The notes: generated from the sequence alone by a model not told the origin. DNA of 64,000 nucleotides from an uncultured Holophaga sp. (GCA_963664825.1 OY761614.1:2304001-2368000); one strand, 5' to 3'; shown: positions 50,636 to 61,205, counted from the first letter of the stretch. A program made the numbers and translations.

Positions 50636-51592
50636 CTAACCCCTCACCCATTCTGGTCGCTTGCGGCCCCGCTTGCGGGCCAGATCGAGGGCCAGGGGCA
50701 GGGCCAGGAGGGCAGCGGCGGCCAGGAACCACGCGGCCAGGGGTTTGCCTTCGGAGGGTGCGTCCACGGGGAGGGCCGTCTTCTCGAGCTTATCGACGGC
50801 GGCTAGGGAGCGCTCGAGGCCCTGGGGGTCATCGGCGGCCAGGTATTCGCCGCCGGTGAGTAGCGCGATCTGGCGCAGGGCGTCGGGATCCGTATCCACC
50901 TTGAGCCGGGCGAAGCCGCCCCCATCGATGGGGTAGAGGCTTTCGCCCCCGGGCCTCCCGATGAGCATGGTGTGGATGCGGATGCCCTGGTTCTTGGCCT
51001 CCAGGGAGGCCTCTTGGCCTGTGACGCGGCCCCGGTTCTGGGCGCCATCCGTGAGCAGCAGGATCACCCGGCTGCGGGCGGGACTCTCGGAGAGGCGCCG
51101 CACGGCAGTCATCAGGGCGCTGCCCATGGCCGTGCCATCGTCCCGGCTATCGAGTTCCAGGCGTTCCAGCATGGTCCAGAGCCTCAGGTGATCGGCCGTG
51201 AGGGGACTGAGGGTGACGGGGTGGGCGCTGAAGAGCACAAGGGCGAAGCGGTCGTCGGGGCGCCCGGCGATGAAGGCCTTCAGCAGGCGGCGGGCGGCGC
51301 TCCAGCGGTCCTCCTTGCCATCGTCCAGGGCCTTCATGGAACTGGAACCGTCCAGCACCACGGCGAAATCCACCACCGGGGCCCGTCCCCGCACATGGGT
51401 CCGCCATTCGGGGCCGCTGGCTGCCAGCACCAGCAGGGCGGCCAGGAACACCGGGAGCACCCGGGCGGAGTGGCGCGCGAAGGAGGACGTGGGGCGTTCC
51501 TGGGGGATGCCCCAGCGATAGGGCGTGCGCAGCGTGGCCCAGATGGCGGGGATGAGAAAAAGCAACAGGTAGGGGTAGCGCAATTCAAACAT
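50636..51592 (-). CDS. VWA domain protein (BatA-like)
   Basis: DGSSSM, PLTADH, GTAMG, LLTDG. Confidence 0.88.
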   Translation of the reverse strand: MFELRYPYLLLFLIPAIWATLRTPYRWGIPQERPTSSFARHSARVLPVFLAALLVLAASGPEWRTHVRGRAPVVDFAVVLDGSSSMKALDDGKEDRWSAARRLLKAFIAGRPDDRFALVLFSAHPVTLSPLTADHLRLWTMLERLELDSRDDGTAMGSALMTAVRRLSESPARSRVILLLTDGAQNRGRVTGQEASLEAKNQGIRIHTMLIGRPGGESLYPIDGGGFARLKVDTDPDALRQIALLTGGEYLAADDPQGLERSLAAVDKLEKTALPVDAPSEGKPLAAWFLAAAALLALPLALDLARKRGRKRPEWVRG

Positions 51593-52340
51593 GCTTCCCC
51601 TCCAACGGCTTCAGCAGCTCGGCCAGGGGCGGGAAGGGGGGCTCCGTGCGGCCGAAGCGGGCGGCGTCCAGGCTCTGCGCCCAGGTGGCCCAGGCGTCCA
51701 GTTGGCGCAGGCGGAATTCCGCGGCGCTCCAGCTCCTGGCCTCTTCCCCGAAGCGCGCCGCCAGGAGATCCCGGCCCTGGGCATGGGCCCGGTCCAGTGT
51801 CTCTCTCTGACCATCTGCAGGGGGCCAGTGGTGGGCGAACACTCGGCGGCTTTGATGGAATGCCCGTTTGGCGCCATTCTTCCGCCAGCGGTGGACGATC
51901 CAGGCCGCCAGCAGGGCGGGGGGGATGAGCAGGAGGCAGGCCCAGGCCCAGGGAAAGGGCAGGTAGGGCAGGATATCGTCCTGACCGCCGCCCACGCCCA
52001 TCCAGGGGGCGCCGAAGGGCACGGTGCGGGGCACCCGGAGGCGCAGTTCCGGCGAGCTGCGCCCGTCGCCGAAGTCCATGGGGGGGATCACGGCCCCGCC
52101 CGCGCGGAGGGCCTGCACCGTGAGCTTCCAGCCCCGGCCATCGGCCAGGGGCTCCACGCTGCGCAGTTCCAGCGGTCCCAGTTTTTCTTCCGCCGGGCGG
52201 GGAAGTGGGGGCTTGGCGGGATCCTCCTCCCGCAGTTCCAGGATCGCCAATTCTCCGAAGGCGATCTCCTGGGGAGCCTTCCAGACAGGGGAGGCCGAGA
52301 GGGCCAGGGTGCCGACCAGGGAGAGGATCAGGTGTCGCAT
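51585..52340 (-). CDS. Bat-operon membrane-anchored hypothetical protein
   Basis: Signal peptide MRHLIL.., one TM; TAATG coupling to the DUF58 gene. Confidence 0.7.
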   Translation of the reverse strand: MRHLILSLVGTLALSASPVWKAPQEIAFGELAILELREEDPAKPPLPRPAEEKLGPLELRSVEPLADGRGWKLTVQALRAGGAVIPPMDFGDGRSSPELRLRVPRTVPFGAPWMGVGGGQDDILPYLPFPWAWACLLLIPPALLAAWIVHRWRKNGAKRAFHQSRRVFAHHWPPADGQRETLDRAHAQGRDLLAARFGEEARSWSAAEFRLRQLDAWATWAQSLDAARFGRTEPPFPPLAELLKPLEGKHV

Positions 52341-53104
52341 TAGGCCCCTCCTCCCTTGAGCCAGGCGCCCAGCTTCAGCACGGGATCGGCGCAGAGATCC
52401 CAGTTCTGGCGCTCCACGGTGCCCGGGAAACCGGGATCGGGCCAATTGGGGGCGTGGCGCTGATGGGGATTCTCCGGGCGGAACCACACGACCCGGTGGC
52501 GGGCGGCCAGGGGCTTCAACAGGGGAGCCAGGCCCTGGAGGCCAGCGCCATTGCTGAGGATCCAGAGGCGATGCCCCTTGCCGTGTTCGCCCCATCGCCC
52601 CAGGGCCTCCAGCCAACCCTCGGGCGTGGGGATGGAGGGGCCCCGCTCGGCGAGAGCCTCCAACACCTTCAAACCGGCCACACGGCCCCGCTTGGGGGCC
52701 AGGCGCAGGGCGGGCAGGCGGCCGTCCCCGGGCACCAAGAGGCCCAGGCGATCGTTTCCCGCATTGAGGGTAGCCATGGCCGCGCCCGCGATCTCCAGGG
52801 CCCAGCGCATGGGCGTCACGGGATCCCCCAGGAACATGGAGGGGGAGGGATCCACCACCAGCCACAGGATCAGTTCCCGGCTGGATTCGAAGCGCTTCAC
52901 GATGGGTTCCCCCACCCGGGCCGTCAGGGGCCAGTTGATGGTGCGGGGATCGTCTCCCGGCACGTAGGGCCGATTTTCCACGAAGGTGAGGCCCGAACCC
53001 TTGAGCTTGCTGGGGTGCAGCCCCTCCGTGCCCCCTGTCAGCACACGCCGCAGCCGCAGCGGCAGGCGCCGCAGGCGAGCGAGGAAGCGAGTGGGCAACG
53101 GCAT
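52340..53104 (-). CDS. DUF58 protein
   Basis: RPYVPGDDPRTINW, VVDPSPSM. Confidence 0.9.
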   Translation of the reverse strand: MPLPTRFLARLRRLPLRLRRVLTGGTEGLHPSKLKGSGLTFVENRPYVPGDDPRTINWPLTARVGEPIVKRFESSRELILWLVVDPSPSMFLGDPVTPMRWALEIAGAAMATLNAGNDRLGLLVPGDGRLPALRLAPKRGRVAGLKVLEALAERGPSIPTPEGWLEALGRWGEHGKGHRLWILSNGAGLQGLAPLLKPLAARHRVVWFRPENPHQRHAPNWPDPGFPGTVERQNWDLCADPVLKLGAWLKGGGA

Positions 53105-53111
53105 GGAGCTA

Positions 53112-54794
53112 TTATTCCGGCAAGTGCAGGTTCCCGAGGCCGGAAACGTAGCCGCCGATGGGGGTGCGGATCAGGGTGGAAAGAAACACCACGCCGCTGG
53201 CTTTCGAATCCAATTTCAGGGGCCAGGTGCGCACGCCCGGGGTGGGACCCTCTTGGTAGACAGTGCTATCGGGAAGGAGCGTGATCTTCACCTTGTCGCT
53301 GGCTGCCTTCAGCTCACGATCCTGGAGCTCCACCTGCACGGGCTCCTCTGTATCGTTGGAAATCTCGAAGCGCTCCCGGAGCGTCCATTGGGTTTCCTTG
53401 GTGAAGGTCCCCACCATTTCCTTCTTCGCGTCCAGGCGCTGGAGAGCGACCCGCACGCCACGGAAAGGGCCGAAACCGAGCTGCAAGGGCTTTCCGGGGG
53501 TGGGGATTTCCAGGCTGGCGAGGCCCACGCGCTGGGTGCCCGCGAAGTGTACGACAGGTGCGCCGGGGAAGAGGGGAATGCCGCTGGGCACGGTGAACCG
53601 AGCCACGCGGTAGACCGTCGGGTCCAGACGGGGCACTGTCACAAGCGCCAGGGTGGGATCCATCTCCCGGGAAAGCACCCGGAAACGATGGGGCTCGTTA
53701 TCCGCAGGAACTTCCTTGTCGCCCTCCATGGACCATGTGGCCGCAAGGCCCTGGGCTTCTTCCACGGGGCGGGCTTCCACTGGCGCGGCGTCTGCGATGA
53801 AGGAGTTCTGTGCGACCGCCGGCGCAGAGAGTTCAGACGAGGCCACGACTTCGACGACGGCGGATGCGGAGTTGGTTTTGGCACTGCCTCGGGACCGGGT
53901 GTAGGGGGGATTTTCGCTGTAGGTGACGTTCTGGGGACCGGCGAAGGCGGCCAGGGTGAGGCTTCGGCTGGCGCGGGTATTGGTGATTTCCAGGTGAACG
54001 CCGTTCCAGTCTTCACCACTGTTTTGGCGAATGGAGGCGAAAAGGATCAGTTCGACTTTCTTCCCATCCTGCGCAAGGCGAGCCTCGTAGGCGGGCTCCC
54101 ATCGGGCTTGACGGGTGCGATAAGTAAGTTCCACTTCCACGTCTCCCGCCTTGGGTGTGGAAATTTCCACAAGGGCGCGAGCAGGACTGGTCGTGCGTTC
54201 GGCGGCTCGCTGGTAAAGCTCCTGATCCATCCGGCTAGCCTCTCCCCTCAACTTCTCCAGTTCGTGCTCCCGCTTGCGATCCCGAGTCAGGATCTCGGCG
54301 AGGCGTGACTGGATGCCCTTGCTCAGCTCCACCACTGCCGCTGCGCCGGGCAGTGCGTAGGTCATGTGCCCGGAGAGTTCCTTGTCGTGGGCCGCCTGGA
54401 GGTTCTTCAGGAAGGAAAGCTCTTGGGTCAGGGCCTCGCCTTCGGCATCGAGGGCGTCCTGCCGGTCCCGGAGTTCCTCGCGTTCCCTCTTGAGGGTTTG
54501 GTATTCCGGCGTTTCCGTCACCTTGCGCACTTCCGAACCCATGCTCAGGTCGCCGAGACGGGAGCCCTGGGGGCCCTTGGCACTGACCCGCACGTCTTCC
54601 ATGCCCAGGCCCGCAGGCAGTTCCCTGAATAGCAACCGATGGACGCCGGGTGATGTGACATGGATCTTCCCCACCCGCGTCACCCAGGCCTCGTCGGGAT
54701 GGAGGCGCACACGCTGGATGGGCGCCGTGAGGGGCAGGGGCGCCTCGGCCAGGAGGCAGAGGGAGACAAGGGGAAACAGGGCGGAAATGTGCAT
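53112..54794 (-). CDS. DUF4140/DUF4139 (MuiA-like) protein
   Basis: Signal peptide, AWVTR, WEPAY, QNSGEDW, LFPG, LGFG. Confidence 0.85.
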   Translation of the reverse strand: MHISALFPLVSLCLLAEAPLPLTAPIQRVRLHPDEAWVTRVGKIHVTSPGVHRLLFRELPAGLGMEDVRVSAKGPQGSRLGDLSMGSEVRKVTETPEYQTLKREREELRDRQDALDAEGEALTQELSFLKNLQAAHDKELSGHMTYALPGAAAVVELSKGIQSRLAEILTRDRKREHELEKLRGEASRMDQELYQRAAERTTSPARALVEISTPKAGDVEVELTYRTRQARWEPAYEARLAQDGKKVELILFASIRQNSGEDWNGVHLEITNTRASRSLTLAAFAGPQNVTYSENPPYTRSRGSAKTNSASAVVEVVASSELSAPAVAQNSFIADAAPVEARPVEEAQGLAATWSMEGDKEVPADNEPHRFRVLSREMDPTLALVTVPRLDPTVYRVARFTVPSGIPLFPGAPVVHFAGTQRVGLASLEIPTPGKPLQLGFGPFRGVRVALQRLDAKKEMVGTFTKETQWTLRERFEISNDTEEPVQVELQDRELKAASDKVKITLLPDSTVYQEGPTPGVRTWPLKLDSKASGVVFLSTLIRTPIGGYVSGLGNLHLPE

Positions 54795-54845
54795 GGGATC
54801 TCACGAATGGGTTGTCCCAGTCTACCCTTGTCGGGAGGTACGACC

Positions 54846-55610
54846 ATGGGGAAGGGCGGGTACACATTCACAGTTCTGGCTCTGGCCCTGGGCCTGGCTG
54901 GTTGCCGCGCTCCATCCCCCCGTCCTCCCGCGTCCCATCTGCCTAGGGCGTCCTCGCCGGTGGCGCCCCTGCAGCGCTTCGGCTACACCATCCAGGCCGG
55001 GGCCTTCGCTCACGTGGAGAACGCGGCGCGTCTGGCTTCAAGGTTGCAGGGGCAGGGGCTGGAGGCCACCTACATGCCGACGCCTTCCGGGCTCTACCGG
55101 GTGCGCTTCGGGGATTTCAAGACCCGGGAGGCCGCCCGGCAAAGGGCCGAGGCCCTCAAGGCCTCCGGCATCATCGACGCCTTCTGGGTGGTTTCCCTCG
55201 AGGAACAGCCCGCCGCGCGCCTGGGCCGGGAGATCCCGGCCCTGCGCCGCAGCCTCCTGGAGACGGCCCGGAGCTTCCTGGGCGTGCCCTATCTGTGGGG
55301 GGGCAGCTCGGAGCAGGGCTTCGATTGCAGCGGCCTGGCCAAGGCCGTCTACCAGCTGAACGGGTTGCGCCTGCCCCGGTCCTCCCAGGACCAATGCGAT
55401 GCCGGGCGCCCCGTGGCGTTCCGGGAACTCCAGGTGGGGGATCTGGTCTTTTTCGCCATGAACGGCGGGAGCCGCGCCTCCCATGTGGGTGTCTACGCCG
55501 GGGACGGGACCTTCATCCACGCCCCCAAGCGCGGGCGGAAGGTTTGCGTGGAGAGCCTTTCGGCCAGCGGCTTCCGGGAGAGGTTCCTGGGCGGGCGGAG
55601 CTACGTCTGA
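54846..55610 (+). CDS. SPOR plus NlpC/P60 (C40) lipoprotein peptidoglycan hydrolase
   Basis: Lipobox LAGC, IQAGAF, PYLWGG, FDCSG, HVG, FIHA. Confidence 0.92.
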   Translation: MGKGGYTFTVLALALGLAGCRAPSPRPPASHLPRASSPVAPLQRFGYTIQAGAFAHVENAARLASRLQGQGLEATYMPTPSGLYRVRFGDFKTREAARQRAEALKASGIIDAFWVVSLEEQPAARLGREIPALRRSLLETARSFLGVPYLWGGSSEQGFDCSGLAKAVYQLNGLRLPRSSQDQCDAGRPVAFRELQVGDLVFFAMNGGSRASHVGVYAGDGTFIHAPKRGRKVCVESLSASGFRERFLGGRSYV

Positions 55611-55679
55611 GGACTTCCGAGTTTGAGCGCGAAAAATGGACAGCCGCTGGCAGAATAGGAGCATTCCTCCGGAGCCTCC

Positions 55680-56339
55680 ATGCTGCATGTCCATGTGCCC
55701 GATTCGCTCAAGCATTTCTGGAAACATATGCTCGCCACCTTCCTGGGACTCCTCATGGCCCTGGGCATGGAGAGCTGGCACCAGGAACACCACCGGAAGG
55801 CCGTGGCCCGCGAGGCCCTGGAATCGGTGCAGGCGGAGATCCGGAGCAACCTGGATTACCTGAAGCGGTTGGCTGATGACCAGCGGGACGCCCCCGAGCG
55901 CCTGCAGAAGGCCATCGGTCTGCTGGAGTCCCTCCAGGACGCCCGGGCGGCCCGCCGATCCTGGAAGCTTCCCGAGATCACACTGAACCTCCATCTCTCG
56001 CACAATTCGGGGGCCTTCCGGACCGCCGCCTGGAACATGGCCCTGGCCTCCCAGTCGGTCCAGCGCTTTCCCAAGGGAAAGGCGGAGTCCCTCACGGCCT
56101 TCTACGAGGACCTGAAGCGCTTCCAGGCCTTCCTGGACCAGCCCGCGGACTACTCGGCCAGCATCGCCATCGGGGATGTCACCTCGGCCGAGGATTTCGA
56201 GGCCCGCCTCAAGAGGCTGGACCCGGAGGATCTGCGCCAGCTCATCTGGAAGTTCCGGGAGCTCAGCGTGCGCTCCAATATCGGTTGCCAATGGGCCGAG
56301 GGGCTGGTCCTTGAGGCGGACAAGGTTTCCGCCCACTGA
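55680..56339 (+). CDS. Hypothetical membrane-anchored helical protein
   Basis: N-terminal TM then ESVQAEIRSN; RBS ggag. Confidence 0.65.
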   Translation: MLHVHVPDSLKHFWKHMLATFLGLLMALGMESWHQEHHRKAVAREALESVQAEIRSNLDYLKRLADDQRDAPERLQKAIGLLESLQDARAARRSWKLPEITLNLHLSHNSGAFRTAAWNMALASQSVQRFPKGKAESLTAFYEDLKRFQAFLDQPADYSASIAIGDVTSAEDFEARLKRLDPEDLRQLIWKFRELSVRSNIGCQWAEGLVLEADKVSAH

Positions 56340-56344
56340 ACAAA

Positions 56345-56372
56345 GCCGCGAGCGGGGTAGCCCGCTCACGGC
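56345..56372. terminator. Hairpin between convergent genes
   Basis: gccgcgagcggg-gtag-cccgctcacggc. Confidence 0.6.
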
Positions 56373-56394
56373 ATGCAGGGTTTGGAATCCGGGT

Positions 56395-56955
56395 TCAGAC
56401 CTTGGCTACTTCGGCAGCCTTCGCCTTGCCCTTCTTGAGATACTTCTCGAGGATGAGGCTGGCCTCGGCGGGGGAGACGGGGCCATAGACCTGATCGTCC
56501 ACCATGATGACGGGGGCCAGGCCGCAGGTGCCCAGGCAGCGGGTGCTCTCCAGGGAGAACATCATGTCCTTGGTGGTTTCGCCGAACTGGATGCCCAGCA
56601 CGTCCATGAGGCGCGCGCTGAGTTTATCGGCGCCCTTCACGTAGCAGGCTGTGCCCAGGCACACGTTGACGATGTGCTTGCCCCGAGGTTGCAGCCGGAA
56701 GTAGTGGTAGAAGGTGGCCACGCCCGTCACTTTCGCGAAGGGGATCTGGGCCAACTGGGCCACGGCATGCATCTGGTCGGGGCCCAGGTAGCCGAAGTGG
56801 CCCTGGACCAAGTGCAGGATGGCGATGAGCTGGCTCTCGGAATGCGTGCTCTTCGCGTTCTGCTCGATGTAGGCAATGATGTGCTCGGGCAGGAACTCCT
56901 GGCAGGCGGCCTTCACTTCCTCCCAGTTGTCGGTATTGGCGACGGCGTGGCTCAT
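56395..56955 (-). CDS. NuoE-like [2Fe-2S] hydrogenase subunit (HydC/HndA)
   Basis: VATFY, VCLGTAC, CLGTCGLAP. Confidence 0.93.
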   Translation of the reverse strand: MSHAVANTDNWEEVKAACQEFLPEHIIAYIEQNAKSTHSESQLIAILHLVQGHFGYLGPDQMHAVAQLAQIPFAKVTGVATFYHYFRLQPRGKHIVNVCLGTACYVKGADKLSARLMDVLGIQFGETTKDMMFSLESTRCLGTCGLAPVIMVDDQVYGPVSPAEASLILEKYLKKGKAKAAEVAKV

Positions 56956-58718
56956 CGGATCCCCCTCGGCATGCGGGCTTCGTAGTGGGTGTGCAGCAAC
57001 TGGTGGGCCTTCTCGCCATTGGGCTCGCCCAAAAATTCAGTGTAGAGGTGCTCGATGGCCGGGTTCTCGTGGGAGCGGCGCAGCTGCTTGCCGGCGTCGA
57101 TGTCGTAGAGGGCCTTGGCGCGGGTGCGGGCGGTCTCGGGATCCAGGGGATCATGATCCAGGGGCGGATAGGGCTGGCCCCCTCCCATGATGCAGCCGCC
57201 GGGGCAGGCCATGATCTCGATGAGGTGGTACTGCTTTTCGCCCTTCTTCACCGCATCGAGGATGTGCTTGGCATTGGTGAGGCCGTTGGAGACGGCGATA
57301 TTGATATCCATGCCATTGACCCGCAGGGTGGCTTCCTTCAGGCCCGTGACGCCTCGGACTTCCTCGAAGACCAGGGGACCCAGTTCCTCGCCGGTGAGCT
57401 TCACGACCGCCGTGCGCAGGGCGGCTTCCATCACGCCGCCGGTGGCGCCGAAGATATCGGCGGCGCCCGAGGAGATGCCCAGGGGCCGGTCGAATTCGCC
57501 GCTGGGCAGATCGTTGAAATCGATGCCGTAGGACTTGATCATCCAGGCCAGTTCGCGGGTGGTGAGCACGGCATCGGTGTAAGGTGTGCCATCGGCCATG
57601 GTGTGCTCGGGGCGGGCCGCTTCGAACTTCTTGGCCACGCAGGGCATGATGGCCACCACGTAGATGTCCTTGGGATCGATGCCCTTCTTCTCGGCGTAGT
57701 AGCTCTTGATGAGCGAACTCATCATCTGCATGGGGGACTTGCAGCTGGAACAGTTGGGGATCATCTCCGGGTAGAACTTCTCCAGGAAGTTCACCCAGCC
57801 TGGGCTGCAGCTGGTGAGCAGGGGCAGGTTCTCGCCCTTCTGAACCCGGTTGAGGAATTCCGTGGCCTCCTCGATGATGGTGAGGTCAGCGCTGAAGTTG
57901 GTATCGAAGACCTCGTCGAAGCCCATGCGGCGCAGGGCGGTCACCAGTTTGCCCGTCACGGGTGTGCCCATGGGCAGACCGAAGGCCTCCCCCAGGGTGG
58001 CGCGGATGGCGGGAGCCACCTGGACCACCACGTGTTTGACGTCCCGGGGCATGGCCAGGGCTGCCCAGACGCGCTCCGTGTGATCCTTTTCCAGGAAGGC
58101 GGCGGTGGGGCAGACGGCTACGCACTGGCCGCACTGGATGCAGACCGAATCATCCATGTTGCAGAGATTGGCCGGGCCCACGGCGGTATGGAAGCCGCGG
58201 CCGTGCTGGCTGAGGTTGGAGACGCCCTGCACCTCGGAGCACACGCGCACGCAGCGACCACAGAGGATGCACTTCTCGGGGGTGCGGATCACGCTCTGGC
58301 CCGAATCATCGATGGGGAAGTGCTTGCGCTCCCCGCTGAAGAGCCGCTCCCGGACGCCCAGGCGGTAGGCCTGCTTCTGCAGCTCGCAGTTGCCGTCCCG
58401 CTCGCAGGTCTGGCAATCCGTGGGGTGGTTGTCGAGCAACAGCTCGACGATGTCGCGCCGGGCCTGGCGGATCTCGGGACTATTGGTCTGGACCTCCATC
58501 CCCTCCCACACTTCCTGGGAACAGGCGGTGAGGAAGTGGTTGAAGCCCTTGACCTGGGTCACGCAGACGCGGCAGGCCCCCTCGATGCTGAGGTTGGGGT
58601 GGTAGCAGAGGCGGGGGATATTGATCCCGAGCTTTTCGGCCGCCTTGAGCAGGGTGGTTCCCGCGGGCACCTGGAGGGGTTCGCCGTCGATGGTGAGGTT
58701 GATCATCTTGTCGATCAT
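56952..58718 (-). CDS. [FeFe]-hydrogenase group A catalytic subunit (HydA/HndD)
   Basis: L1 TSCSPGW, L2 MPCVAKKFE, L3 EIMACPGGCIMGGGQP; N-terminal Fe-S domains; SHENP. Confidence 0.96.
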   Translation of the reverse strand: MIDKMINLTIDGEPLQVPAGTTLLKAAEKLGINIPRLCYHPNLSIEGACRVCVTQVKGFNHFLTACSQEVWEGMEVQTNSPEIRQARRDIVELLLDNHPTDCQTCERDGNCELQKQAYRLGVRERLFSGERKHFPIDDSGQSVIRTPEKCILCGRCVRVCSEVQGVSNLSQHGRGFHTAVGPANLCNMDDSVCIQCGQCVAVCPTAAFLEKDHTERVWAALAMPRDVKHVVVQVAPAIRATLGEAFGLPMGTPVTGKLVTALRRMGFDEVFDTNFSADLTIIEEATEFLNRVQKGENLPLLTSCSPGWVNFLEKFYPEMIPNCSSCKSPMQMMSSLIKSYYAEKKGIDPKDIYVVAIMPCVAKKFEAARPEHTMADGTPYTDAVLTTRELAWMIKSYGIDFNDLPSGEFDRPLGISSGAADIFGATGGVMEAALRTAVVKLTGEELGPLVFEEVRGVTGLKEATLRVNGMDINIAVSNGLTNAKHILDAVKKGEKQYHLIEIMACPGGCIMGGGQPYPPLDHDPLDPETARTRAKALYDIDAGKQLRRSHENPAIEHLYTEFLGEPNGEKAHQLLHTHYEARMPRGIR

Positions 58719-58756
58719 CGTTTCATTCCTGGGTTCGTGCTGCGTTGGGCCAAGGT

Positions 58757-60937
58757 TCACGCGCGCTCGACGGCGTCGAAGCGGCAGACTTCGAAGCACT
58801 GGCCGCATTTCACGCAGCGGTCCTGATCGATGACATGGGCTTCTTTGCGGGTGCCGTTGATGCACTCGACCGGGCAGTTGCGGGCGCACACGGTGCATCC
58901 GATGCAGGTCTCGGCGTTGATCTGATACTTGATGAGGGCCACACACTTCTTGGCCTTGCAGCGCTTGTCCACGATGTGCTCGAGGTATTCCTCCCTAAAG
59001 TGCTTGAGAGAGGAGAGCACCGGGTTGGGTGCGGCCCGGCCCAGGCCGCAGAGGCTGGTCTGCTGGCAGAGTTTGGCCAGGCGCTCCAGGCGATCGAGGT
59101 CGCCCATCTCGCCCTTGCCGGAGGTGATCTTCTGGAGGATCTCCAGCATGCGCGTGGTGCCTTCGCGGCAGGGCGTGCACTTGCCGCAGCTCTCCTCCTG
59201 GATGAAGGTGAGGTAGAACTTGGAGATATCGACCATGCAGTCCTCTTCGGAGAGCACGATCATGCCGCCGGAACCCATGATGGAACCGGCCTTGGCCAGG
59301 GGGCCGAAGTCCACTTCCATGTCGATCCACTTGGCGGGAATGAAGCCGCCGGCCGGGCCGCCGGTCTGGATGGCCTTGAGGGGCAGATCGTCCTGGACGC
59401 CGCCGCCGATATCGAAGACCACCTTGCGCAGGGAGGTGCCCAGGGGCACTTCCACCAGGCCCGTATGCTTGACCTTTCCGGCCAGGGCGAAGACCTTGGT
59501 CCCGCCGGATTCTTCCGTGCCGATGGAGGCGAACCAATCGCCGCCATAGTTGATGATGGGCGGGATATTGGCGAAGGTCTCCACGTTGTTGATGGAGGTG
59601 GGCTTGTCCCAGAGTCCGCGCACCACGGGGTAGGGAGGACGCACTTTCGGCTGGCCGCGCTCGCCCTCGATGGAGCGGATGAGGGCGGTTTCCTCGCCAC
59701 AGACGAAGGCACCGGCCCCCAGGCGGATCTCCAGATCGAAGCTCCAGCCCGAACCCATCACGTTTTCGCCCAGGATGCCCGCCTCGCGGCACTTGTTGAT
59801 GGCATTCTGGATCCGCTTGATGGCCAGCGGATACTCGGCGCGGATGTAGTAGAAGCCGCGGCAGGCGCCAATGGCGTAGGCGCCGATCATCATGCCTTCC
59901 ATGACGCCGAAGGGATCGGATTCCAGCATCCCGCGGTCCATGAAGGCGCCCGGATCACCCTCGTCGCCGTTGCAGATGATGTAGCGGGTCTTCTCGGGCT
60001 GCTGGCTGGCCATCTGCCACTTCTTGCCGGTGAGGAAGCCGCCACCTCCACGGCCTCGCAGCCGGGCCTTCAGCACCTCGTTGATGACCCATTCCGGGTC
60101 GCTCTTGCCGAGGCAGGTGGCCAGGGCCTTGAAGCCGCCGAACTTGACGTACTCGTCCAGGCTATCGGGGTCCAGGATGCCGCTATTGCGCATGGCCACG
60201 CGGCTCTGGCGATTGAAGAAGGAGACGTCCCCGTAGAGATCGAAGAACTCCTGGTAGATGGGCTTATCGGTCACCTTGAGGGCGGGTACTTCCTCGCCCT
60301 TGAGGACCTGTTTCTGGATGAGTTCCTCCAGGTCGGATTCGCTGCTGACCCGGTAGATGACCCGGAAGGGCCTCACCAGCACATGGACGTGTCCGCCGCG
60401 CTTGCCCTGGCAGGCGCCGAAGCAGCTGGCGCTGGTGATGCGGACCCTGTTCTCGGCGACACCGGCTTCCTGCAGCTTGCGCTGGAAGACCTCGCGGAAA
60501 TTGATCTGGGCCTCCACACCGCAGCGCTTGCCCTCGCAGAAGATGAACTCGATCTGCTGATCGGGGTCGATGGAGCCGTCCAGGATCTGCTCGGCCAGGG
60601 GCAGGCCCTTCTGGACATGGTTGGTGAAGATCTTGTGCACCACGTCCCGGTTGACGCGCTCGTATTTGACGGGCATCTTGCCGGGCACGCTGACGCCCAC
60701 GATGGGTTCCTTGCTGCACCGCCCCGTGCAGCCTGTGCGGTGGATGACCACATCCTCCCGACCCGAGGACTGGATGTGTTTGAGGAATTCGTCCATCACG
60801 TCCACGGCGCCAGCGGCGTTCTCGCAGGTGGCCGAACCGACCTGGATCACGATCTTGCCGGCGTCGCCGCGTTCGGAGAGCGCCTGGGCGGCCCTTTCCG
60901 TCAGCGCCTTGTAGAACTCAGTCACCTGGTTTGGCAT
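58757..60937 (-). CDS. NuoF-like NADH-binding subunit (HydB/HndC) with two N-terminal thioredoxin-like Fe-S domains
   Basis: GRGGGGF, DEGDPGAFMDR, CGEET, CGKCTPC, two C-terminal 4Fe-4S motifs. Confidence 0.93.
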   Translation of the reverse strand: MPNQVTEFYKALTERAAQALSERGDAGKIVIQVGSATCENAAGAVDVMDEFLKHIQSSGREDVVIHRTGCTGRCSKEPIVGVSVPGKMPVKYERVNRDVVHKIFTNHVQKGLPLAEQILDGSIDPDQQIEFIFCEGKRCGVEAQINFREVFQRKLQEAGVAENRVRITSASCFGACQGKRGGHVHVLVRPFRVIYRVSSESDLEELIQKQVLKGEEVPALKVTDKPIYQEFFDLYGDVSFFNRQSRVAMRNSGILDPDSLDEYVKFGGFKALATCLGKSDPEWVINEVLKARLRGRGGGGFLTGKKWQMASQQPEKTRYIICNGDEGDPGAFMDRGMLESDPFGVMEGMMIGAYAIGACRGFYYIRAEYPLAIKRIQNAINKCREAGILGENVMGSGWSFDLEIRLGAGAFVCGEETALIRSIEGERGQPKVRPPYPVVRGLWDKPTSINNVETFANIPPIINYGGDWFASIGTEESGGTKVFALAGKVKHTGLVEVPLGTSLRKVVFDIGGGVQDDLPLKAIQTGGPAGGFIPAKWIDMEVDFGPLAKAGSIMGSGGMIVLSEEDCMVDISKFYLTFIQEESCGKCTPCREGTTRMLEILQKITSGKGEMGDLDRLERLAKLCQQTSLCGLGRAAPNPVLSSLKHFREEYLEHIVDKRCKAKKCVALIKYQINAETCIGCTVCARNCPVECINGTRKEAHVIDQDRCVKCGQCFEVCRFDAVERA

Positions 60938-61205
60938 GTGGGCTCCATGGATTCTCGGGAGGAGACGGGCAGCGCCCGTGAGAGTTAAAAATGTATCGAT
61001 AGAAAAAGATCGATTATCGACGCACTCAATCGAGAAAAGTTGATCGATTAGGGTGCCCGTTGAAAGCAAGGTCGCTGCCTTGTGATTGACCGTCCGCTTT
61101 GGGTATTCGCTTGCTGTCTTGCTCAGATCCCTTGCTCAAGAGCGGGTCCTGAATTGCGGTAAATCGGCCACGGAATAAATGTATTCGGGATCCGTAGTGG
61201 CTGCG

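Noticed and set aside
45657..53104. Missing MoxR ATPase as a novel Bat operon variant
   Set aside because: moxR may lie elsewhere in the genome; cannot be judged from this window
56395..60937. Complex I nuoEF
   Set aside because: Flank an H-cluster hydrogenase gene and no other nuo genes are present
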